DNA of 64,000 nucleotides from Psilocybe cubensis (lineage: Eukaryota). The DNA is taken from NCBI GenBank assembly GCA_017499595.2, contig CM039004.1, positions 1,550,001 to 1,614,000 on the forward strand. The letters run 5' to 3'. Made by a program: the position numbers and the translations under genes. Shown here in pieces: positions 13,326 through 25,054 of the stretch (its first letter is position 1; every line of letters starts with the position of its first letter). The notes beneath the pieces are model-generated. The model was not told the origin of the DNA, searched no databases, and saw only the letters and a program-made list of their open reading frames with translations.

Positions 13326-16300
13326 ATGGCTAACCGCCGCCAGCCAAAGGACCAATTGTGCCCAATATGCAACAAGATGTTTAGCATCCAAGGCATTGCT
13401 CAACATATCCGATCATGTAGTGGCAAAACACCAAGTCTGGATGCACAGAATGCTTTTGGAGATTTTGCAAATAGGGTTTATGAAAATAGTATGTCATAGT
13501 GTATAATCTAATTATTGACATTTACCATTCAAAACTCATACAGACTCTCTACATTATACATCAATTTTAAATGCTGCTATTAGCCACTCTCCAGCTATAC
13601 CAAATGAGGATTCTACAACCGCTTCTTATTCTGCTATAGATATGGCTCAAATGGAGACACAGGATTCTCTAAATGGTCATCATATTTCCCTTTCAATGGA
13701 GCCGGAAGATTCAATTGAGCCAGTCACAAATCAATCCTCTATACTTCAAATGCTTGATGAAATTTCAAATAATCATTTGCCCCCACCGCTTCCACATCAA
13801 ATCTGCATTGAATTTCATCCAAGTGCAAATATGCCACCAAAATTCATTCCTACACACCAATATAATCCAAATTCCTATCAAACGTCACCAACACCCCATT
13901 CTACCAGTACCAACCCGTGGCATCCATTTAGGACACGTCTTGACTTCGAAGTGGCAGAACTTGCACTTAGCTCACATATGAATAGGCAGCAAAAGCAGAT
14001 TTTATTAACCCTTATTGACAGAATCAAAGAAAAGCCAGAGCAGTTTACAATTGACAGTGTATCAGAGCTTGAGAAGACCTGGGAGCTTGCTCGTAGCTAC
14101 CGTTCAACTGGAGTGCGTAATATTTTTTCTATTTTGTAGTTGTACTAACTAATACTATGGAGTACAGTTCCAGAAAAAGGAATATCTTGTACCATACCAA
14201 AATGATGAAATTGGGTATGAAGTGTATATCCGGCCACTAATTGAGTGGTGCAATAGTCTTCTTCAGAATCCTTCTCTACTTTCACAGTTTCATTGGATTG
14301 CTGAAAGGCATTATAAACAAAATGACGGTAAACGAGACCGGTTGATTGGAGAACCATGGACTGCAAATGAATGGTGGAGCATCCAGGTAGATGTATATAT
14401 TTTTCTTTTTACAAATGTAGAATACTTATCATCCTACTCTGCTTTAGAACCTTCTTCCCAATGGTGCATTACCATTTTTTATTATCCTATATGCAGACAA
14501 AACTCGGCTATCCACCTTTGGTACTGCAAAGGCATATCCAGTGCTTGCTCGCTGTGCAAATCTTCCAGCAAATCTTCGAAACAGTGATGGTATTGGTGGG
14601 GGAATCCTAGTTGGATGGCTGCCTATTGTAAGCATTCTAAATGTTATAAATTTTTTTAGTATTAAACTCCAAATATGGATTTCTAGGTTGATGAAGATGC
14701 TGGCGAGTCAGGAAAGAAAATTTTTGTAAACTTCAAGCGTATTGTTTGGCACAAAGGATTCCACGAAATTCTTAAGTCCGTTCAAGAATATGCCACAACA
14801 GGATACTATGCACAGTGTGCAGACAACATTGTCCGGTGGCTATTCTTCTTTATTTTGATTTTATCAGCGGATTATGAAGAGCAGTAAGTAATAGTTTACT
14901 TCAATATAATTGTTATAGTAAATGAAACTGTTGGGCGCCTATTTTATAGATGTGTTATGGCCCTAACCCGTGGTGCTACAAGCAACTTTCCGTGTCCTGT
15001 ATGCTTGGTTCCAAAGGAAAATTTATCAAATCTTACCACGGTATACCCTTATCGAACATCAGCAGAAATGAAACACATATATACAGAGGCACAAAATTTT
15101 ACAGCTAAAGATAAGGAGAATTATTTAAAAGAATATGGATTACGAAATGTAGAGGTATAGTGCATTATATATGTCATTATTCTTGATTAATATTTCCTAC
15201 AGAATGTATTTTGGATGATGAATGGGAGTGATGTATATAAAGCTCTTTCCTGGGATCGACTACATGCATACCATGGTGGACTATTTTCTGATCATTTATG
15301 GTCAGAATTTAAGGCTATTATTGATAGCTCTGGAAGGAAAGATGCTGAGATTATTGACAATCAGTAAGCATTGATAATATAACCTCTTGATGGATAAGTA
15401 ATAATAAGGTTTATGCTTTTATAGATTTGATCAAATTCCTCGATGGAGTGGTCTTAATCACTTTGCATCTATAATTAAGACAGGAGAATTTGCAGATGGA
15501 ACAAAATATGAAGATATAGCAAAGGTACACATGCATTTTTTAGACACTAATTGTGAATATAATATATCTGTGATTTCTAGATCATTTGTTATGCATCTCA
15601 TAATGTTCTAGAGAAGTCAGACCGTGGATATTGTCTGCTCAAGCTTATGCGAAGCTTTGTAGAATTGGATATGTATTCATCTTTGATTATTCATAGCAGT
15701 ACAACATTACATGGGTTACAAAAAGAACTTGCAAAGTTCTGTTCTATTCTTGAGGTAAGGCATTCTCCAATTCATATGTAGACCCAATTAATTCTCTCAA
15801 CAATAAAATTTCCAGGAATATATTCAACTCCATCCAGACAAAAATTGGAATTTTCCTAAAATCCATTCACATGTCCATATGATTCAAGATATTGTTGCAA
15901 AAGGTGCAACTCGGAACTCTAATACTAAACCCAATGAAAAGGCACATGGCTTGCTTAAGCTCTGGTACCGCTTTCACACCAATTTCAAAGATGTGGCGCC
16001 ACAGGAATGTGCTTTAATTCATGTGTACAATATTATTTGTCTGATCTAGTAAATTTGCTTCTAACAGATATTAAAAATGAACCACGATGATCTTATTGCA
16101 ATGATTATTCGCATGGATATCAATGCTATTGATGATCTTGACATGCCCAAAGAGGACGGCGAAGAATCACTTATATCTACACCACAAGTTTCCAATCTTG
16201 GAAATTCATTGGGTAACGGTCTATTTGTTTGTACATGTATAATGTTATTAAATTGACATTTAACAGGATCAAGTAATGAGAAAAGAGCTCAAAGTCACAT

Positions 16301-16987
16301 TTCAATTGGGTCACTTCAAGCAATAATCACATTTGCCGATGTGGAAAAACAATTCAAAGAGAACATGGCATTTGAACGCTTCCGGATTAAAACAGGAAAA
16401 TACCTTGCAGCAGCTTCTGGAAGTACTATCCGATTAAAAGCCAATCATAAGGTAAGAGTTACAAGAACAATTTAAGCATTATTTATTTTTCATGTCAAAA
16501 CTTACTTGTGTAACAGATTACACCATTTGAGCTTGCAAGAATTCATTATCAGTCGGAAATTGATTGGTCGGCTCAAAGAGATATGGTTCGAGTTAGCAAA
16601 AGTTTCCACAAGCGGCCACGAAATGATTACGTCCTTTTGGCACTTGATCATCAGAAGTACTGCTTTGCACAACTTCTGTTCATGTTTATTGTGTCATTAG
16701 ATGACAAAACAGAGTGGCCGCTTGCTCTTATTCTGCCACTTGATGAACCGGTTGATCAGCGCACAAATTTGGCACGTAGGCGTGATAAAGATTTAGAGTT
16801 TCTCCGAGTACGAGCCCGAAGGCGAACAAACTCTGCAATTATTGACGTACGTAGTATAGTACGCGGTGGCCTTCTGATTCCAGACTTTGGAAATGATGCA
16901 AACGAGTTTATTGTTATGGATTCACTTGATCCGGACATGTGGTGGCGGTTAAAATCAATAAAATTAACTACACATGTTTTATTATAA
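13326..16987 (+). CDS. Plavaka-family DDE transposase with N-terminal zinc finger; about 13 exons
   Basis: N-terminal CPICNKMFSIQGIAQHIRSC. Motifs NPWHPFRTRLDFEVAE, GEPWTANEWWSIQ, IILYADKTRLSTFG-AYPV, LSADYEEQC, FPCPVCLVP, WDRLHAYH and WNFPKIHSHVH...GATRNSNTKPNEKAH resemble the Plavaka transposase family (PF18759). The frame stays open across 12 inferred introns, one of which needs a GA donor. Confidence 0.85.
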
Positions 16988-17258
16988 CTAGTGTTGTTAC
17001 ATATTAAACAGAATACAATAAAGAGTGTAATCAAGCATGCATAGTGCTCTATTTTTGTGTTTTGTACACGTTATATTAAATTTTCAGCTTGATCCTTTAC
17101 ATAGTGGGAAAATGATGTTATATCAAGGCTATAGCACGGCGCTTAACATGAGGAAAGGGTGCGGCTCACTTTTCTGTTTAAAAGACACAAAATTTCTTCT
17201 TTCTGAGTAGCAGCACTGATATTCTAACTCATATCCTCTCTGGTACAACTCTTTGGTC

Positions 17259-19257
17259 ATGTCTTCATCAATGTCAATTGTTCCAAGCTCCGTTGCAGGC
17301 GAGTCATCCATTTCAGGCGCGTCTTTTTTCCGTGGAGCAACATTGGCCGAGCTTGAGCAAGTAAGTAATATTTTAATGTATTTTTGCATTTTCTAGATTC
17401 TAATGAATAGAAACAGAGGTGTCGGATCCAGCAAGATACCATTTTTAATCTGGAATCAAAGGTCCGGGAGCTTAAAGAGGAAAACGCAAGTTTGAAAATG
17501 CGCTTGATCAACAAAAAAGGCGCTGTTCGACCTGCTGTCTCTGACACATCGGATTGCGCAGCCGAAATAGCTCTCCGAAAGGACCTTATTCGTCTTGCTA
17601 AATATCATTTCATTTTCTATCGTATTATTGTTCCCAAGTCACTCTTTGGAAATCCCAGGCCTTCGTTCAGCTCTAACAATGCATCTGCTCGGTACAAAGA
17701 CGAGAATACATCCAAGCTTGGCAATATTGCGGAATTGTACGAATGCTTTCCAGCAAAGTACCATTCAATTATCAGTGAGAATGTGGAGATGGCAGTTAAT
17801 GTGGTGCGTTTTATATCTTTTTTCCAAGTTTAGGATATCTTGCTCATATATCTTTATTCTATAGTTCGTTAAAGGCTTGTCGGAAGGCCGTTCAACAATA
17901 CTAAATAAGATTCGGACCTCTGCGCCTTCTATTTTCCCAAACATTCCATCTGAGCTGTTCACCTCACCATTGTCTTTTGGCCTAAGCTCCCATGCGGTTG
18001 TGCAAACATTGCTTGGTGCATCGGACCGTGTAAAAGTGATGACCGGAACGAAGGAAATCTGGAAGCTCATTTATCCCAATGACACTGCGCACACATTTCC
18101 CCCAGTTTTATTTGCAGATTCTGACACCAACAACGCTTTGGGACTTTTTAAAAGTGATTTTCTTTTGAAGGTACAGTATATTTAATTCTGAAAATACATA
18201 ATACCTGGCTAAAACTCTAGTTTAGACGGCAAGAATCATTCTTCTAGGGCCATCGGCCTTAAAGGCGGAGATTATGCCTCGAACACGGGAAGATAGTCCA
18301 AGCGCCCATATTGATAGTCGTATGAATTGTACAACACCAGGCTTGATAGCTGCGTCTGCAACAGCGGTATGTATTTGTTATTACATGTATTATAAATTGA
18401 GTGCTAGATATTGACTACTAATATAGACTATATACATCTTATCCGACGACCGTGAATTTACCAGTAGTGGTGTAGGACCAACAACAGGGAGGCTTTATCT
18501 TGCTCAACACGATATGTACAAGCATTATCTCATTACACAGCAGTCATCACTCGCTTCACTGTTCAAATATTGGGATAATATTCTCTTTCCACACCAAAAA
18601 CCCATTATTCCTACTTCTATTACACAGCAGCCTACGGAAATCCTTACATCAAGCCATTCCAGGATGTCGGATTCCGAGTCAAGTCCATCTCCGCATCCGG
18701 TTTATCAGATGATTGCCAACTTTAGTCGACAAACAACCATAACTCCTAGTTCAACAACTTCTATTCCGGGTCCTATCGTTAATGTGGAAGACCGTGACAC
18801 CGACTCTGATGTAGAAGACTTTGCGCCGCCACTACAAAGCACTCGGAACCTGCCATCTAATACTCAGGATATTACTGAAGATAGATCTGATACTGACGAA
18901 GGTACTTGTCTTTTGATTCCCACGCGTTTAGCTCATGCCCATTATGTATCATTGGTATTAGAACCGACTCCGGCAGCCTTTGAGTCTGCACTCCATGTTA
19001 CAAATACCACGGTCAATGCTCCACTCCCAGTATTTCTCCCAGTTCCGAAGACTCAGACTCCGACAAGCCCTCCCCTTTCTTCCAATACAGTCTCTGTTCC
19101 TAATGCTTCCACAAGCATTTCTCCACTTGAAGCACCAGTAATCAAGCCAAAACGTGGTCGAAAGAAGGGGTTGGCCCCTGTGCAGCCTGACGCAACTGTT
19201 GTAGCCAAAACACGGAGCACACGCTCTAGTAAGCGTGCTAATATTACACCATTATAG
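17259..19257 (+). CDS. Transposon-borne accessory protein (coiled coil, conserved-looking core, S/T/P-rich tail with basic AT-hook-like motif)
   Basis: Exons join in frame: MSSSMSIVP...ELEQ|KQRCRIQQDTIFNLESKVRELKEENASLK...|FVKGLSEGRSTILNKIR...FPPVLF...|TARIILLGPSALK...TTPGLIAASATA|TIYILSDDREF...KPKRGRKK...NITPL*. Lies wholly inside the TIRs. Confidence 0.72.
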
Positions 19258-19857
19258 TAGGCACGCTGTACTTAGACTACTTTGCATTCCGGTGTATCTC
19301 ATTATGGCGGACATACTACTGTGTTTGGTTGATTACTTCTTTGCTTTTCAATGCATAGTACGGCCCTCACGATTGAGATTGTCTGAAAAAATTGAAGTCC
19401 GAGTAGACGACTCTGGACTCGATCGGTTACATCAGTTGACTAAGCACAGAAAATGTGGTGTCATATTAACGCCACACTATAATTTAAGAAAGGAGGTTTG
19501 GTCTAGTGGTAACAATGCTATTGGTAGGTTTGTCTTGTCTTGAAGGTCTGGCGTTCGGTTCTTGGTAAGTGCATAAAAGTTTGACTTCAACACAATTCCT
19601 ACTGAAAGCAATCGTTGACTACTAATCAATTGGAAACTATGTCAGTGCGTTCATCTTCCTTTTAATTTGTTAGATGCCCTTTGAATCAAGCCCAACCTAG
19701 CAAGGTCTTTTAATCTAATCTTATTCCCTACGCCTTGCTAGGCATGTATAGACTTCTAAGCCACTACCTTACAAGGTCAATCACGGTTACTTCTTAGGCA
19801 CGCTCTCAGATTGGGAGGCATCACAAGGCTAGCCGGGCCTTGCCGGCCTTTTCGGCC

Positions 19858-19885
19858 TTGTAAGGCATTCCTGAAAATTCCGACA
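19858..19885 (-). repeat. Right terminal inverted repeat
   Basis: TTGTAAGGCATTCCTGAAAATTCCGACA, followed by TG (TSD). Confidence 0.88.
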
Positions 19886-20080
19886 TGGTCAAATCGTTTA
19901 TAGACGCCGCTGATTGGCTGATATGGTATTTGAGCTTTTCGAATCGACTGTCTGGCGCATTGTTATAAAGTTCTCGGAAGGAGGCAAGTAAATGAACTGA
20001 CACTTCGGGGCGACAGGGTTTGTTTAAACTTCTTACGTCGCACGATTGCTGTGTGTGCCAAATGTGTTTCCGTTGATCAT

Positions 20081-21180
20081 TTATTTTATAATCTGATATG
20101 ATGGCCTTTGCCTAAGAAACTCGAAGTTGCTGGGTACATGAAACCAATCCCAATCGCTTCGACTTCTCTTGTTCCGAGTACGTAGATGGATGTCGAGCTC
20201 CAGTCTCAAGAGCCAATCATCGTATTGGATGTAGCGCGAGTGTGGGCGCGCTTCAGTGGCTCCATTCCCCTCGGAAGCCGTCGAGGGTAATACCGCAGAA
20301 AGAAGTAAATTTACGACAAAGTTATAATTCAATTTATACGGTGTGCTCGGAATTCTGATTGTTATTGTTGACAGAATCCTATACCGGCCCTCCGGAACAC
20401 CGATTTTGTCACTTCGCGTTGGAGGGAAGCGAATTTCACCCCGTGATGAAGATTTAATCAATAAGAACCACCCTCAAGCCGTAACGGAACAATAAGTTCA
20501 TTGTAGATAGGTGTGTGGCCGACTCTGATCCACTTTCGCAAAACGCATGACCGAATGAGGCAACTTGAAAGGATTTCAGTTGTAGCAAAATTATGATACC
20601 GAAAATCAAATCTAATTGAGCTGATTTCTGATCTACGCTGGGCAGGTAGATTGGACAAGATGCAATACCATGCATAAAAACCATGCTGAATTCTATATGG
20701 GTAGAAATGTTGACAGTAAAGGCGAACATTATTCCTGAGGGAGCGGATACATTCAAACTGTCCGCCTGATATCATTTTTTGTTCTTCATCGCCCAATGAA
20801 AGGCAGGCAGGGACGAAGTCTAGACTCGGATCGCTTGTGGTGAGATGGCAGAAAGCTTTAGGCCGATGATAACTAGTCCTATCAAGCTTATCCAGTCGGC
20901 AGATATTGGAATCGGAGAAGGGCACGTAAACACCATACTTTAAAGCTAGAAGTAAAGACGTTGGAAACTTTGGAGAGGAGAATGTTTTGGTAGGTCATGA
21001 TGGAACCAAAGCGAGAGTACCCAGAGAATGTGCAATACCGCAGTTGAGCGGAGAATAAGTGGATACACCTTTGAGAAAAGAAGTGAGGCTGTAGAGGCTT
21101 GCTATTCCGTGACATCCAGGAGGTTCCGAAGGAAACTATAGTCACGAGTGTTTCTGGTATTGAAAAACAGTGATACAAAC
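20081..21180 (-). pseudogene. Possible degraded gene, perhaps an Agaricomycete F-box-like protein
   Basis: Chain of abutting minus-strand ORFs in shifting frames with no clear splice sites; the N-terminal piece SIPETLVTIVSF...FSQRCIHLFS loosely resembles fungal F-box starts. Confidence 0.25.
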
Positions 21181-22112
21181 TGACATTACGGAATTAGATG
21201 GACGCTCCAGACTTTTGCCTGACCACTCGTCCTTAAACAGTGAAACAGGGTACCCCGCGCAATAAGGAAGCATCCTCTGGGGTTCTGAGCGACAAAAAAA
21301 GATGCGTCCCCTCTTCATATTTATCCCAGGTGGAATAAATGGAAGTGAAAACGTTGCATATAGAGGCTTTTGGTGCCACATACCCATAAGGATCAAAGAT
21401 ATGTTTTCCTCTCCTACCATGTCTAGTCCTCAAGCGACATGGCGCTCCGATATCCGATTAACAGTTCTTGAGTATCAAGATAACCCAGTAATTTTGAAAA
21501 GTCTTCATATAACCTCCACAGGATATAAAGGCATTGTTGACGAGTATAGATTTGGGATACGCTACGCATCGCAAATGACAAGGAGGGCCCAGCGAGTGTA
21601 CAGCAAGCTCGATCATCGTGTTTCGACCCAAGAAAACCTTGAAAAGAGTCACAAGAAGATTGTGCATACACAGCTCATGAAGTGCAAGCTGCACGAAGAT
21701 GATAGGTTTCCCTTTTTGAAGACAAGAAGGATACAGTTACGGATAGGCAACTTGAATGAGTAGTAAAGTCAGTCAAAGTGAGACGTTGGACGCGACGCGT
21801 TATGAACGTTGACCGCGAACAGCGATAAACGTAAACAAGGCCAATCCAAGCGGGTGGGCGGGCCGCCGTATAGCGCATTACTATGAGATCATTAATACTT
21901 ATCGCAGCAACCACTTGACTGCGCCTGTCTGAAACGGGCAAACACTCATCTTGTACTCTTCCTCTACCAATCCAATTCCCGTTGTTAGTCTAGCATAGGT
22001 ATTCTCATCCTAACCCGCACACGCCGTAATTCAAGGGTCCAGGATCATCATCAGCAGAACCTCACTCTCTACAAGATACTCCACCGTGAAAGCTTTTATC
22101 GCATCGAGTACT

Positions 22113-24460
22113 ATGTCGCAACAAGGCCGCCTGGACCTCTCCCAGATTCCAATCGAGGTTCTACTCGATAACATTCTACCTCTCATACCAGTACCAGACT
22201 TGCTTAATCTGGCCCGTTGTAGCAAGGTGGATGGTTCGAAAGCATTGTAGCATCTTATGTGTTCTGATTGAACTTTGGCAGTCACTTTTGACTCTGTGTA
22301 ACGATGATAGTCTTTGGAAATATAAACTGTCCCAGGACTTCAACTTTTCAGGGAAGGATACGGCCCGTACAAGTGGGTGGAAATTTATTTACCAAGGGCT
22401 GTTTAAACCACGAGGTGAGTGCTTCGAGACATATCTTTCAAATGTATCAACTAATGACACCTCCAAAACTTCTAGTATTTGTTTGGGGGTATGATTGCCT
22501 TTCTCTTATAGGCCAATTTTGACTACTATTTTCTCAATTGCGATTCTTTAGTGACAAGACCAACGGACGACTGGGACTTCCAAACGTTCCTAAATCAGTG
22601 ATACGAGACGGAGTTCCATATCCAACACAGATCCCGTTTTCTGCACGTATTGTCAGCTTGGTTGCGGGAGGCATGTGAGTACTTGTCTATTGAATTTGTT
22701 ACATATATTTTCAATTACTTTGGTAAGGTCATTTCATGCTCTCGACTCTGAGGGTAATGTTTATGTTTGGGGTATGACGTAGTTTTACCTATGCCTCCGT
22801 CGCTTAAATATCTAACAGATTTATATAGGCAGTCTTAATGGGGCGCCGGGGACGGCACATGCATCTGACAGTCATGGATTTTCGAGTAGCTGGAAATCAG
22901 CAAGGATACCTCATCGTCTGAGGCTACCATCACCCATCCGCAGTATCAGGTGAAGAAAATCAGTCGTCTATCAAGGGTTTTTACTCACACGGTGGTGACA
23001 TATTTAGTTGTGGACGCCTGCATTCGTCATTTCTGGATCGCACAAACAAGATTTGGACATGTACAAATTGGGGCCGACCCTTCTGGTTATCATCTCCCAT
23101 TCTGACGGATCCTGATTACGCTCCGAAACAGGTTGAATGTGGATGGATGTTCTCTTCTCTTCTGACGAAATCAGGTGCTGTCTTTGTCTGGTGGCCGTTC
23201 TCAGGTTCAATGGGAGAAGCCATCCAACAGAAAATGGAGGAGATGAATTCCGAAGGCGACAAAAAAGCTTATGCCACTGAGGATAATCTAATTCCGTGCA
23301 TTCCATGGGGTGTGGACATAATGCCCACCCGCTTGCCACCTATACCCACATTACCCGAGCTAGCGAACACTACCAACACAAACACAATGACGGAGCTCAT
23401 CCAGATTGCCGCTTTTGACAACCACATTGTCGGATTGACAAACTATGGACATGTTCTGAAATATGGTTCACTGCACGACGAAAGCGGCGTTCCATTCGGG
23501 CGCTGGGAATATGTGGGTTTTTTTTACCCGAACATCTACGCAATTGCTGAAACCCTGTAGCTCCCGCAATTCAGCGAAGTCGACTCTCTTAAAATACATA
23601 CAACTTTCTCAGGAAGAACCACTGATTCCGCGAAGCTCGAGGCTCCTCATACAATTCAAATCACCCATGTCAGTAGTTCTCCTATTCGCACAGTGTCAGA
23701 ATACTTATTTATCAAACGTTGAACAGTTATCTGCCAACTTCCTTCATTTCGTTGCCTATTCCACTGGATCTTCATCTATTGTTCTTGTCGGGGACACCGA
23801 TACAAAACCAGACACACCGCCAAAAATAATTCCGGAGTTGCAGAACAAATCGATCATCTCTGTAGTCATTGGTGACTATCATAATGCCGCTTTAACGGCT
23901 AACGGTAAATTGTTAACTTGGGGATCATATTCGAATGGTGCGTTGGGTTTGGGAGACCCACTCAAACTCGAACTCGGCACACCTGGGGCGTTCGCGAACA
24001 GAGAGGAACTCGAATTAGCGAAGGCGAGAAGATTCGGACAAAGAGTACCACCTGTAGTAAATACACCAACCGAGGTCAGGTTCGACCATAACAGTAAAAA
24101 GCCCAGAGAACGATTCTGCTTTGCCGCAACGGCCGCCGGATGGCATACAGGTGCTCTGGTAATAGATCTTGAGGTATGTCATTTGTGCAATTTGCTATGT
24201 CCGAGGTCAGCAGAATAAGGTTTCTGACTTTTCATATTCGCGCCTTTTAGTCGGGGGATGACGAAGCGGAGGAGGAACAAATGCGACACGATTCTGCGGA
24301 AGCGCCGAGTCCGAGTGCGTCAGCTAGACGGCAGTGGGAGACACCTCCCATCCTACCTCTCTCAGGAATTTTCCGCATCGGACACGCTGGACGCGGTAAC
24401 TTTGGGGGCGGGTTGGGTGGAATACATCCTCGAGGCCGTAACGATGGGGATACTTCATAA
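22113..24460 (+). CDS. F-box plus RCC1-repeat protein (Saf1/Pof9-like SCF adaptor), multi-exon
   Basis: F-box LSQIPIEVLLDNILPLIPVPDLLNLARCSK...LWKYKL; RCC1-type repeats VFVWGDKTNGRLG, LVAGGMSFHALDSEGNVYVWG, VIGDYHNAALTANGKLLTWG...GALGLG, AAGWHTGAL; TAA 24458-24460. Confidence 0.85.
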
Positions 24461-24809
24461 AAATTTTACCCACTTCGGGCATGGCAAGGGTAAAAAGTTA
24501 TATCAATACGACTCTTCATATGCTTATTCGATTTATGAATCGTCTATAAATACTACTTACAGAGCCAGTCAATCATGCGCTTAATTCAATAACTGCTGCG
24601 GCATTGGCATTAATTGGTCATACTATTCATATGCTCGTCTCGTAATCTGTGATAATGTATATGTCCGACTCTAGCAAAAACTTGCAGCATGTCAAGCAGT
24701 TGAAAGGATAATTTACAGGCAAAAACAATATTTTTTTGGTAATAAATCTTCGAAGTCCAGATTCCGAGGGTGCATTGGCCAACTTGGTTCTTTCACCCAA
24801 TTTTATTTG

Positions 24810-24814
24810 AAAAA
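24810..24814 (-). terminator. RNA polymerase III T5 terminator of the tRNA-Pro gene
   Basis: TTTTT on the minus strand 13 nt after the tRNA 3' end. Confidence 0.65.
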
Positions 24815-24827
24815 GATACACACTGCT

Positions 24828-24909
24828 GGGCCTGACCGGGAATTGAACCCGGGACCTCCTCGATTTGGTATTACCCTAACAAGGAATCATACTACTAGAC
24901 CATCAGGCC
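24828..24909 (-). tRNA. tRNA-Pro (anticodon AGG) with a 10-nt intron
   Basis: Minus strand GGCCTGA-TGGTCTAGTAGTATGAT-T-CCTTG-TTAGGGT[intron]CGAGG-AGGTC-CCGGG-TTCAATT-CCCGG-TCAGGCC-C: acceptor stem, A box, anticodon stem and T arm/B box all fold. Confidence 0.93.
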
Positions 24910-25054
24910 GATGGCTGATGCTCCAGTCTGTGCAATCACGTCCAGAAACAATCAGGTAGCCCAAGGACCGGAATGAAACATCAATTAAACCACACTTGAA
25001 TACATAAAACCATATATCGAACTTGAATCAATGCGACGTGCCCAACTTTAATTA

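Larger units (their letters stand above)
12240..19885 (+). mobile_element. Full-length Plavaka-type (CACTA/EnSpm-related) DNA transposon, 7,646 bp, carrying two genes
   Basis: Imperfect 28-bp TIRs (24/28 identical), TG dinucleotide directly outside both ends (12238-12239 and 19886-19887), Plavaka-type transposase inside, and an AT-rich, CpG-poor interior. Confidence 0.88.

Noticed and set aside
12240-19885. TET/JBP dioxygenase or other DNA-modifying cargo, which is reported alongside some fungal transposons of this kind
   Set aside because: I found no convincing HxD...H 2-oxoglutarate/Fe motif set in either gene or in the spacer regions.
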